From an uncultured virus (IMG/VR IMGVR_UViG_3300032266_000815) (taxonomy: Duplodnaviria > Heunggongvirae > Uroviricota > Caudoviricetes), in the IMG/VR virus record IMGVR_UViG_3300032266_000815: a DNA stretch of 20,000 nucleotides; one strand, 5' to 3'. Each line of letters starts with the position of its first letter. The first letter of the stretch is position 1. Of this stretch, positions 7,101-19,200 are shown in pieces. The translations under genes were made by a program, and so were the position numbers. Below the pieces are notes generated by a model. That model had not been told where the DNA came from, made no database searches, and worked only from the letters and a program-made list of their open reading frames with translations.

Positions 7101-10100
7101 TTCAAAAGTGATGTTGTTGATGAATATTGGGATGATAGTCCATTTGATGGATTGTATGGATCTACACTATACGTTTGCTGTGGGGAAGTGTATGGTCCAT
7201 ACTTATGATTTTGAGATGCCAATCTGAACCTAAATGTTCTTGATCCAATAGAACCAGCAACAGTTTCTCCAACGTTAAATGTTCCACTTACCATAGTAAC
7301 TTCTAAAAGTTTAGGAGTTACATATGAAGTTACATCAACATTGTCAAAAAATGTATAAAATCTTGTGTTGGGCTTCATTCTTCTTGCAAGAATTTCAATA
7401 TTTCTTGATCTCATAAAAGTCAAGACTTCTCTTGATACTACCCTGTCTCCAAGATTTGTTGTATCGAATCTTTGAGAAACACCATATTGAATTCCCTGTC
7501 TACTTTGATTTGTAGTTGTTGTTGTAGTTTCATTTGAAAAATTCACAAAACTATCTTGGAATGTTTGTACTGTTGTTTCTGTTCTTGGTGAACCAGTCCA
7601 CGGAGTTAATGATACATCTTGACCAATTTGAGATGATCCATTTTGTATACTGGCAATTTGTTGTCTTCCCGTTGTTTGAGTACCAGTCCAATTTGTTTCC
7701 CAAGATCCCCAATCAACAGGAGATAGACCAGTATTTGTATCTACTCCTAATTGTTGAATAAAAGAATTATAACTACCTTCTATATCTGCTGTTCTTTGGG
7801 ATTTTCTTGTTTCGATCCAAGTATCTGATGATGGACTTAATTGTATTGAACCAATCCAATTAATAACATTAAATGGATTTACATTTTCAATTCTTGTGGC
7901 AAATTTATTTTTTACATATTCTACTTCTGAATAATTCAAGCATACAATAGATCCCACTCTCTTTATATCAGCAGACCCTAAATCGTTTACAAATCTTAAA
8001 TCTGCATCTGCATTTGATATAGTGCCTATTCCAATCACAGAATCGGATCCAATTAAAAGATCAATACTTGTAGTATAAGGCTGAGGATTCAATTCTCCTA
8101 CAGCAGCATCTACACTTGCTCTATAGAGAGGATTTGAAATATCACCGCCATTATATGATTTAAAATTATCAACAAAAAAACCACATTTAAATCTATCAAG
8201 TTGTGTTGTTTTGTCCCTAATCGTAAGATTCTGAGTATCACTTTCGAGAAGTGATAATGATGTATAATATTCTACATTTGATAATCTTTGATCTAGACTC
8301 GAAATATCTTTCATTCTATATCTCTTATGAGATACTAAATCAATTTTTACACTAGAAGCATTAAAAATGTAAGCTGGCAAATAGACTGTTGCAATTTCTA
8401 ATGAAGAATCAAGACTATTTGGAATTTTTGGTGTTAATGAAGCAACTCCTTTATTGACTATGAATGCTCCATCTTTATCTAAAAATATTCTATCAATTCT
8501 TGGTAAATAATAATCATAAGAAAGATTAATATTTTTATTTTTCGCAAATACATTTGTAGAAGAACTTATTGTAGGATCAAATACTCTTGAAGAAAATTCG
8601 AATGGAGAAGTTGTTGTTCCATTGAATTGTGATACTCTTGGTCTACAATCAATTACATCAGAAACTCTTAAACCATCTACAGATTTTAGTCTTCCGTATA
8701 TATTTTTATCATAAGAGTTTACTGCAACAAAATCTCCGGTATCTGAAGAATTTATTGTAAAATTATTATAAATGATTTTTATTTTTTTAGTAGGAGCAGA
8801 AAACTGTGATTTTCTAATAATTTTAGAAAAATCTAAATAATCTGATTTTTGTCCCGGATCAAAAATATAATTATTTTTGATATTTTTATCTCCAGGAAAA
8901 GCAAATAATATATTTGCTTGTATATTGGATTCTTGAAAAGTTACAGATTCATTTGCAGAAAATATATTTTCATTTTCATATACAATATCAACTTGATTGG
9001 TTCCAACTGAAGATATTAAAGTAGCTACTGCACCACTTATTTGGCCTACAATTAATTCTCCTTTTACCGAATTTAAAATATTTGAAGATAAGTTTGTTAA
9101 TTGTATAAAAGGCAATGAAGGATCATTTGAGTTTGAAGATTCAATAATTGCAACAATTTCAAATACATCTGGAACGTTTAATGAAATTTCTTTGTCTTGA
9201 ATTCTTGTTCCATATATATTGCTATATGTTAATGCATCATTTAGTGTAGTTGATCCAATTCCTGATCCTTGTAAAGATGATTTATCGACAATTAAAGAAG
9301 AACATCTATTGTAAATTTTATTCTTTGTCTTTAAATTTATTTTCTTAAATGTAACCGTTAGGATTGCATTTCCATTTTGGCTAATATTTTGTAAAGTTAT
9401 AGTCCTTCCACTTGGAACAAGTTTTTGGTCAGTAAGTGATTCTATCGAACCACCAATAAATGCCAAATTGTAATCTTCTTCGTCAAATGGTTCGAGTGTC
9501 AGATTAGAATCAGTTTCTAGTAATTGAGATAATCCATTATTAGAAATTACTACATTATAACTTTTTCTAATAATTAAATCTGATGATGTTAAATCTAAAT
9601 TAGATATATTTAATTTATTTAATTTTGAATATAAACTAATATTTTTTGTATTATTTGTTACTTCTAATGTTATTTTTTTAAAATCATTTGTTGTTATAGT
9701 TGAAGATGGAAGATTTCCACTACAAATTCCAGCAACTGAAGGTAGTGAAACAATTTCAATAACTTTTGAAGTTGTACTGATTTTATTTACTTTATTGTAT
9801 GTTGGAATACTTTGTCCTTGTTTTGTATATGAAACAATATCTCCTGTATTAATTCCTACATAAAAATTAGAATTAGAAGTTGTTACTGAACTAATTCCTC
9901 CCGATGCCCCAGAAATTGTAAACTGTGATCCAGGAGAAGACAACGAAATCGTGTTGGAAAGTAATGGATCAGCAGTAAAGCTTACTCCATTTCCAACTAT
10001 TTGATGGACATCGAAAAAATTATAATCTAGAACTAATGTGATTGTTCTACTGTCGTCTATTCCGTTAATTTCAATCTGTTCATCTTTAATGAAAGATCCA

Positions 10101-11635
10101 GAAACTTGATATAATGTTAAAAGATTTGAAGAAGTTACAGTACTGACAAGATAACCACTTGCCCCGCTATTTTTTCCTTTAATATATGCAGGAACTGATT
10201 GGCTAATCGTTGCATTTAAAGTTAAATTCGTATATGTTTGGACATCATATAGTGACATTTCATATTGTGTTGATGCATCGTTATATGCAACATTTTTCAA
10301 TTTTAAATCATATACTCTTGCTACACCTATTTTTAAATCAGAAGAAATACCGGATATTCCAGTTCTTCCTTGGTGTAAATTAACCAAAGAACTTGACCCA
10401 AATCCTATAGGAATAGATCCAGAAACATTATTTACAAGAATTTGTCTACCTAAATTAAAAGGTATTGCCTGATTATAATCATTTTGTGTTGATCTTGGTT
10501 TTTCTAAATCAATTATTGTATTATTGATTGTTTCAATTTCATAACCTCTTACATATGCTTTTCCTGGACTTACGGAAAGGCACAATAAATTATCAGAAAC
10601 AGTATTTCCTTGATTTGTTTTTTGATTTTTATAATATATTCCATTATTACCAATTCTATCATTTAAACATTCTTTTGTTGTAATTTCAAATGGTTTTACA
10701 TAATAATCACCAGATTCGTCATAGGTTCTTCTTGCAAATTCATCTCTAATCAAATTATAACTTGTTGTTTTTACGAACTTTTGTAAAATGCCATTTTCTA
10801 GTCTAAGAAGTTCAATAAAATTTTCATCATTAAATTCATCAATTGACTTTTTAATTAATGATGTTGAAATTTTTAATCTATCAGCACCAGGAGCTGCATA
10901 GTTAGAAAATCCTTTTGCATTATCAAATAAATCTTTATATTCATTTGATGCAACAACAATTTCTTCATCGATCAATAAACCAACTCTATATGATGGAGAG
11001 TTTGTATAGTAATCTAATATGATTGCTTGTGTATCTACTTTTACGAAAAATCCTCTAATAAAATATATCCCTTCTGCAATTTTTGCGGCAGAACCAGTAG
11101 ATACAGAATTTGATATAATTGTCGTGGCAAAAGATGTTCCAGTTCTAATTGTAGATAAAGAGTAAGAAATATCCTCAAGTGCTATTAAATTTTCACCATC
11201 AACGAAAGTTGCTGTTGAAAAATCTGAATCACTAGAACTTTGGTATTTTATATAAAGAGTATTATTCGTGATGTCGGTATCATTATTTTGTATATAATTT
11301 TCGACTTTTGCCTTTACTCCACTAGTTTCTCCTTGAATTAATTTTCCTACAAGACTTTCGAGATATAAAGAAACTGGAAGACCCAAATGAGTTTCATCGA
11401 TTTGAACACATGTGTATTCTGAATCATAAGCAATTTGACCAGGAATTACCATCGCTCCTTCTTTGAAGAAGTGATTACCAAATTTTTCTATTTGATTCTG
11501 CAATATTGACTGTAAAGTTGTCAGTTCTCTTGCTTGTATTGGAGTTCCGGGCTTAAATAAAACTCTTTGATAATTTTTTGAATCGGAAAAATCATCAAAA
11601 TATGGAGATATATTTAAATTAGTTTTTTGAGGCAT
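4151..11635 (-). CDS. VrlC-like (DUF4815-type) large virion structural protein, 2494 codons, interrupted by one in-frame TAA at 5105-5107
   Basis: N-terminus MPQKTNLNISPYFDDF...VLFKPG.PIQARELTTLQSILQNQ and internal motifs (ARRTYDESGDY, DRFKCGFFVDNF, DPLAQSF, GSLFKSQNGATW...EDLKFTL) are typical of this family. The track ORFs 5105..11635 and 4151..4657 share a frame and are joined by 149 stop-free codons (5104-4658). The C-terminus F..FQIKILM....YPRIKDLRVIA fits the family end. Confidence 0.88.
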
Positions 11636-11641
11636 TTGACT

Positions 11642-13225
11642 TTAAAACTCCAATATGATTTTAATATCTTCTTTTTGGCTAGAAGATCTGGGTATTGCTG
11701 ATCTATTATCTATGTATATGATTTCTCCTGACTTTTTATTGTATTCTGCAGAAGCAATTCCAGCATTAAAAGTCATTCCAAGTTGATATAATCTACTATT
11801 AATTGTAGTCGAAACTCCACTAAATCCAGAATCAATTGATAGTACTGGTGTTCCATTCATAGAAGAACCATATATTGTTAGATTTCCTCCAGATGCAGGA
11901 CTTGAAGTAAAGTTTATAATATTATAACCAACAGATGTTGTTGCTAAACCAACTGGTTGGTAATATTTTAGTACTCCAGTAACATTATCCCAAGATGCAA
12001 CAAATCCAATTGCAGTTGATCCAACTCCGACTGTTTGTGTAATTGTAGAATCTACTGCATAAGTTGTGGCAGTTGTTGCAGATCCAGTAAATTTAAGAGA
12101 CTTTAGTCCACTTACTACAGATGTATTTAAAAGTTCTACTTGACTTCCAGTAATTGTTGGATTTTTTATGATACCTATTCTCGCAAAATCATTACCTGAG
12201 ATTATATCTGGATTAGATTCTAATGTTTCATATCTAGAATAAATAAGAACTCTATATGCTCCAAGTTCTCTGTAAATATCATATCCATGTCCACCTTTTG
12301 GTGGGATAATTACATCAAAAGAAGCAAGAGATGAAGTTCCTACACCAACATTTGACAATGAAGTAGTAATTCCAGGAGCACCTGGTTCAAATTTAATAGT
12401 GCCATAAGTATAATTACTTCCACCATCAGTGATATAAACTTCTGATACTTTTCCAAAAGAATCTGTTGTTACTGTTACCTTTCCCCCGATTCCGTCTCCT
12501 AAAATTGGAACATTTGTAAAAGTTGAAGATGTTGGATTGTAATTTATTCCTCTTTGTTTTATTACAACAGAGTTTATTTTTCCATCTATAGCGTTCTCTT
12601 TTGTTGAAATACTTTCACCAGAATTTCCCCAATCTTCTGGAACTGGAATATATTCAATTGAATCAAATTTTACAATTTCTGATGGTTTAATTGTATATAA
12701 GTATTTCCAAATATATCCATCACCAGAAGTACCTGCAGATCTTGGTTCTAAATCGATAAAATTTGGTTGATCATATGATGGTCTTCCATTTTGATTTTCT
12801 GCATCAGATCCATTTTGCAGACAAATATAAACTCTAAGATCTTCATTGATTACATAATAATTTGATTCGTAAAGATTTGATTGTTTTGTTATGGGAGTTT
12901 TATTGTAAATAGTATAGTTATGCTTATACATTTCATAAGTTGTCCCTGCAGTCCAGGTTACTTTTCTAACTACTCTACGAATATCATCACTAGTCACTTG
13001 CTTCATAGCAATAATCGTATCTTTAATGTCATTTTCTTCTTTAAAACCGTCTAAAGGAGATGGTCCGGTATTCCAATTTGCAGATCCTCCGGATCTTGGA
13101 TCTGTTGAATTTGGTTGTCCAATAAATGTATAATAACGATTTAAAGTTTGTCCAATACCAACAATACTTTTTACGAAATTCTCGGCATTTAATATTCTAA
13201 ACTGATCAGATATAATAGCAGGCAT
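11642..13225 (-). CDS. gp8: T4-like baseplate wedge subunit gp8
   Basis: 527 aa. MPAIISDQFRILNAENF start, YYVINEDLRVYICLQNG, DGYIWKYLYTI, IIPPKGGHG.D...ELGA, and end SGEIIYIDNR..I.R...QKEDIKIILEF are characteristic of cyanophage gp8. Confidence 0.93.
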   Translation of the reverse strand: MPAIISDQFRILNAENFVKSIVGIGQTLNRYYTFIGQPNSTDPRSGGSANWNTGPSPLDGFKEENDIKDTIIAMKQVTSDDIRRVVRKVTWTAGTTYEMYKHNYTIYNKTPITKQSNLYESNYYVINEDLRVYICLQNGSDAENQNGRPSYDQPNFIDLEPRSAGTSGDGYIWKYLYTIKPSEIVKFDSIEYIPVPEDWGNSGESISTKENAIDGKINSVVIKQRGINYNPTSSTFTNVPILGDGIGGKVTVTTDSFGKVSEVYITDGGSNYTYGTIKFEPGAPGITTSLSNVGVGTSSLASFDVIIPPKGGHGYDIYRELGAYRVLIYSRYETLESNPDIISGNDFARIGIIKNPTITGSQVELLNTSVVSGLKSLKFTGSATTATTYAVDSTITQTVGVGSTAIGFVASWDNVTGVLKYYQPVGLATTSVGYNIINFTSSPASGGNLTIYGSSMNGTPVLSIDSGFSGVSTTINSRLYQLGMTFNAGIASAEYNKKSGEIIYIDNRSAIPRSSSQKEDIKIILEF

Positions 13226-13240
13226 TTTAATAGTAGTTTT

Positions 13241-13252
13241 TATTTATTTATT
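13241..13252 (-). promoter_or_regulatory. Putative late promoter (two overlapping AATAAATA) upstream of gp8
   Basis: Minus strand reads AAATAAATAAATAAAAA across the gp7 stop. ATAAATA occurs at 13241-13247 and 13245-13251, about 15-20 nt upstream of the gp8 ATG. Confidence 0.65.
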
Positions 13253-16200
13253 TACCTTTGAATAATCCTCTAGTTCTGGTTACTTCTGGTGCAGACGATA
13301 AACCAACCAATCCATTATTTGTATTTATCGTAAAATTATTTGGAGATCCAATTCCTCTATTTTGATAATCATAAATTTTACTCCAACTATATCTTCCATA
13401 AAAACCATTAGATTTATTTGATGGATTTGCATTAACTATAATTTTATCCACATAACCAGGACCAGGTAAAAACTTACAGAATACAGTAACAATACCAACT
13501 CCAGATACTTGTACGTTTTCCGCACGATATACGCCATCAATAAATGTATTTGCTGTTCCGACAGAAGATATCGCATTATTTGTGGTTGTAATGCCAGTTA
13601 ATGCATGTCCACATTGAACATTGCTATCATAGATTACAAAATAATCACCAGTCGATATTCCACTGTAAGTAATTCCATAACTATCAAGAGCAGAATACCC
13701 AATCCCCAGTGTGGTATTGTCATAAGATTCTGTTTTTAATCTGAAAATTAATTGAGGAAGAGTTGTACCAAATCCCAAACTTGTATCTACTCCAACAATT
13801 GTACCAAAATCTCCTTTTGCCTTAATAGAGAAAATTTGTTCAATGAGTGATGTGTCTGGTTCTATTAAAACTTTTGGTGGATTATTTTTATTATAACCAA
13901 ACCCAGGATTTTGAATTGAAATCGAAGTAATAATTCCAGAAGTTACACTAGAAACTGCTGTTGCAAGATTATATGTAGAAATAGAATAAATTGAGGTTGC
14001 TCCTGTTCCAACTAAAACATATCCATCATTATTCGAGATATACAGAATATCTTTTATAGTATTTAATTGATTTGTTGATCTATATGTCCAATACTGCAAA
14101 TCAAAAGAATAATAAAGATTTCCTGTAGAATCTAATAACGTATACATCGAATATGTATTATTATAATCAATATTGACAAAATTACCAGTAATATTTGGTA
14201 TTATTTGTGCCCAAATATCTCCAATTAACGATGTTAATATAATATTTCCATCACCAACTACCACAAATCTTGATCCATCCCAAATAATTTTATTTAATTT
14301 ACTAGATGCAATTGTATTTGTATTCCAAAAAGTACCATCCGTTGATGTAGAAGATGTGCCATCATCTCCAACTATAATTAATTTTGATGCTCCATATGCT
14401 ATGGATCTAAAATTACTTGAAGTATTTGACGGTATCTTAATAAATGCAGTAGAACCAACACCAACAGCAGAGAAAATTGCTCCATTGTATCCAACAGAAA
14501 TCCACTTATTAATATCTGAAAAATAATCTACACTAGTTAAAGATGAAATATAAGAACTTTGAGATCTTGTGACAACTCCAAATAGAGATGTTTCTTCATA
14601 TTTTTTTAATTCAATCCAAGAAGAAATAGTTGTTCCAAAACCTACTGTAGTAACTATTTTTCCGTAATCTCCAACTGCAATATAAGTATTTGTGGATGCA
14701 AATGAAATAGAGTTAAAAGTTATTGTTTTACTAAATCCTACATTTGATATAAGATTATAATTTTTTGCATCTGTTGTAATAGCAACTACTCCACTTTGTC
14801 CAATAGAAACTATTGGACTACCATAAGTGACTGATAATAAAGAAGTATTAGTAGAAATACCAGAAGATGCAGACCAATTTAAAATTGGATCTTTTAATTG
14901 TACAGAAACAGATGAAATTGCAACTCTTGGTGAAGATGTATATGCATATCCAATTCCTCCTGTTGAAATTGCAATAGAAGAAATGGTATTTGCAATAGAA
15001 ACAATTGCAGTTGCTATTGCAGGATTTGTGTCCCTATTTTCGATAATTAAAATATTTGAATCTTCTTCTGGTAATGAATCTACTATCGTAAATAACGGAA
15101 ATGCGTTATTTACGTATATTGAAGTATCTTCAATATTTACATTTTTGATTAATTTTGTTGTTGGTCTGATTGTTGAAATTAAACTTGGTCTTGCTTTAGA
15201 TACTAAAGAACCATTAATGATTCTATCTTGTTTTTGTTTGATCCATTTAAGAGGTCTTTGTTTGTTTGTATCTGTATTGATTCCTATGCTATCATAATTA
15301 TAAGTATCAAGTTGATCACTTGAAACAATTTTTTTAACAATTCTTTCAAATTGTTCAATATCTAAGTTGTCATAAATATTTTCTCCAATTTGAACACCAT
15401 CTCCTTCCTTAATTGTTTTCACTGGAGTAATAATTTCAACATCCCTTGAAGAACCTTTAAAGAATAAAATACTGCACTTTGATCCAGATTTTGGTGGTTC
15501 TGTAAAAACTATTCTGCTACCTGTCAATGTATATGATTCATTTGGTATTTGTAAAATATCATTCAGGTATATGAATAAATTATTTTCCAGTTCTATATCA
15601 GATCCTGGATTTTTTTTCAAATCTATAATTTCAGTAACTCCACTTATAGTTTGAGTCAATGTAAATTTAGTTCTTGTTTCATTGAAGTATATTGAAATAT
15701 CATCAAATGATATAAATTGTCCAACAAAGAAACCACTAAACTTATCCGTTAAAGTTTCAGTTACAGTAATACTAAACTTACTAAATGATGTACCTATATT
15801 TGGATTTGTGGTTAATCCCACAACAGATAATACGTCACCAATTTTATATCCAATTCCTGGATCATCAATAGTAAATTGAATGATACTTGATCCAGAACCA
15901 ACTTGAACAGAAACTTTTGCATTAATTCCGTTCCCAGTAGAACCATTTGTATAGGCAATACCTAAATTGCTATAAGGTAATGGTAAACTTATAGATACCG
16001 AAGGTAATGCCGTATTAGTATATCCAATTCCTCCATTTATAATAGACAATGAAGTAATTGTTCCTCCAGCCCCAACAATCGCAGAAATTGAAGCACCAGA
16101 TCCAACAGTCGATGCAATACTTACAACTGGAGATGACCTATAACCGCTTCCAGCACCATTCAACTTTATTGAACTGATTGTTCCGCCCGCAGACACAGAA

Positions 16201-19200
16201 ACAGTTGCTGCAGCGCCAATTAGAGGTTGATAACCAAATCCAGTTGTAATTGCAACATTTACAATTTTTCCTGCGCTTGGGGCACCAGTTAAAAATTTAA
16301 TTGTATTTGCATTTGGAGTATCAATTGTATAATCAACTTCTGGAGTTTGGAAAATATTATTAATTAAAATGAATGGTTTGTTGTCTATATTTGTGCTACT
16401 ATTTGTATTTGTAAAGATTCCAACAACTGGTTGATTATTTGAAGACAATACAAATTCTGTAGCTGCAATACCGGTAAATTGATTTGATATATCATCTAAA
16501 ATGATATTTTTATCAGTTGGATTATATGCATCCAATTGTCTAGAAAATACTCTTCCAGAAAAAGAAGAATTTGCAATTAACTGTGGGTCAGTTGATGCAA
16601 TAGAAGGACCATAAGGAGGTGTTGAAAAATATATTACATCATTAACAATATTAAAATCTCCTTTCATTATAGATGTAGCTGAACCAACAGTATGTGCAGT
16701 AGCAACTGATCCCATAAATGCTCTAGTTACACTTAATACATTAGTAGAACCAACGCCAACAGAGTTAACTTTTAAATATTCATTATCAATTTGAAGAATA
16801 TCATTATTGAAAATAGAACTAATTCCAGAAGAGATGAATATAGAGGTAGATCCAATTCCAATTGAAGTAGAAAGTCCAATTGTAATATTTTTTCTATGTA
16901 TAGGACTTTGGATAATATTATCAATTGAAATTATTACATTTTCATTTGGATTTTTAAAACTAAATGATTGTGATCCGGAACCAAATGAATCCAAATTAAA
17001 TGGATTATTTAAAGTTGTAGAAAAACCAGAAACTTGAAAATTATTTGCATCTATCTTACGAACAAATATATTTGATGGAAGTTTATTTGTTCCTAATAAT
17101 GTAGGAGAAAGATAGATATTATCTGCAGGAGTTGATCCTCCAACATTAGATCCAGATATTATAATCTGATCGGTAGATGCATAACCTGTTCCACCATTTA
17201 TGACTTTTACTTCAGAAATATCTTTATTTGAATCTCTAGTTATATTAAATATTGCTCCAGTTCCTAATCCTGTAGAAGTAGATGCTACACTTACATATGT
17301 TGTATTTGCAGTCCCAACTCTAGTTGTAGATACTTTTGATACTGTAAAATATAAATTATTTGTGGGCGTAGATCCACCCATATAAGTTCCAGCAATAGAA
17401 ATTTGTTGACCAACAGAGTATCCTCTTCCTCCATCAATTAACTGAATGGAAGTTCCAATAGGAACACCGGTTCCAGTATTGTAGGTGATAAGAACTTGAA
17501 ACAATGCGCCTGTACCAATTCCTGAATTTACTGAACTTGGAAGTGGATTTCCTAATCCAAAATATTGTGAGAAAACTCCAGGAGAAGTCGTGCTACTAAT
17601 ACCGGTAACAATGCCAGAATATGGAACATAATTATTATATCCATTTTCGTATATTGCACTTCCAATTCCAGCACCAACTCTCATTACTATATCTAAAGTT
17701 CCAGATGCATAAGAAGTTGTTGCAATTCCAATCTTTGTTCCAGAATTTGAATTATAAATTATTTCTTGTCCAGACTGAAAACCATGATTTGGAAGAGTAA
17801 TCTTATCGGAATCTATATTAATAATTGTAGACGCAGAACCCACAAACTCTTTATAAAAAATTGGATTTCCTTGATTTTTTAATTTAAAACTCGTTAAACC
17901 AACAACTGATCCACCTAAAGTAGTCGTTATTCCAGTAAATTGTCCACTAATGTCATCAATTCTGTAAACTTTATTTGTTTTATTTAATGTATAAGATCTA
18001 AGGGCAGTTCCTTCCTGAAAATAAATTCTTTCTACAGAACCATCATCCAATTTATCATCTTCATAAACCATAGCAAAATTATTTTTTACAAATAAATCTG
18101 CAACATTATCGATATTAACAAGTAAGAATGGTTCTGGATTTGTTGCTTTTATTTTCATATTGGTTGATTTCCCAATACCAAGATTAAATGGCCCAGAAGT
18201 AACAATCCCAATAACATTCAAATCTGAAAATTCTTTAAATCCGGATGGATGTACGATTGATTTTACTGATTCTTTCCAAATATCATATGGCACTTCGCTT
18301 TTGATTGAATAAGCAAATTTCTGGTAATAACTATTATCAGAAATTCTTTGTTGAGAATCATTTAAAAATCCAACTTTATCGCCAAAATCATTAATTTTTT
18401 CTCTAAAAACATTTAAATTAGCATCTAAAGAAAATTCAGTTATATATTTAACTGTTCCATTTAGTTTAGATTTTTCACCATAAAGTTTGTCTCCAATATT
18501 TAAAGACCCCTGAATGTCAATTAATCTCAGCTGATTAATATCATTGTCCCACCCATTTTCCATAACCTTTGCAGAAAATGTAGATCCAGAAACAACTCGT
18601 TCTCCTGAATAATAAGTTGCATCATCAATCAAAATCATTTGAAACTCGGGCATATCATTTTTATTCACAACATACCCAAGAGTTAATATATTGTTATAAT
18701 TTCCAAATGTTCCTGTCTGTAATCCAGACATAGTATAGTTTACAACAAAATTAGTAGTGTTTATACCAGTTACAGTGAAAAAATTATACCCATAATCTTT
18801 TGAATTATAATTTGATAATCCAGAAGTCGAAGAAGTTAATCTACATTTTTCGATAAAGATTTTATCTCCTACTGAAAATGGAAAACTAATCTCTGTAGTG
18901 CCATATCCAGTTGTTATATATGGATATAATATAGGATCATTAACTAATTCAATTGTACCTATACCAGTAACAGCATCAGCATAAATTGCATCTATTTCAT
19001 AACCATTTGAATTGTTATATGGAACAATTCTTAATGGTTCTTTTAATCCGAAGTCATTTTTTGAAATATTTACAGAAACAACAGATCCACCTTGAACTCC
19101 TGCATATATTTCAATATTATTATTTCCTATTACTTTTAATTTTGGAGGAGTATTATAATTTCTTCCAGATGTCAATATTCCAACATAATCAATTCTAGAA

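Noticed and set aside
605..19198. Plus-strand ORFs in the track (605-856, 2284-2577, 3639-3848, 5769-5990, 6552-7058, 7006-7227, 7534-7761, 8997-9200, 14173-14526, 14827-15297, 15682-15879, 16807-17037, 17200-17385, 18986-19198)
   Set aside because: All lie antisense to long conserved structural genes and have no recognisable motifs. They are shadow ORFs.
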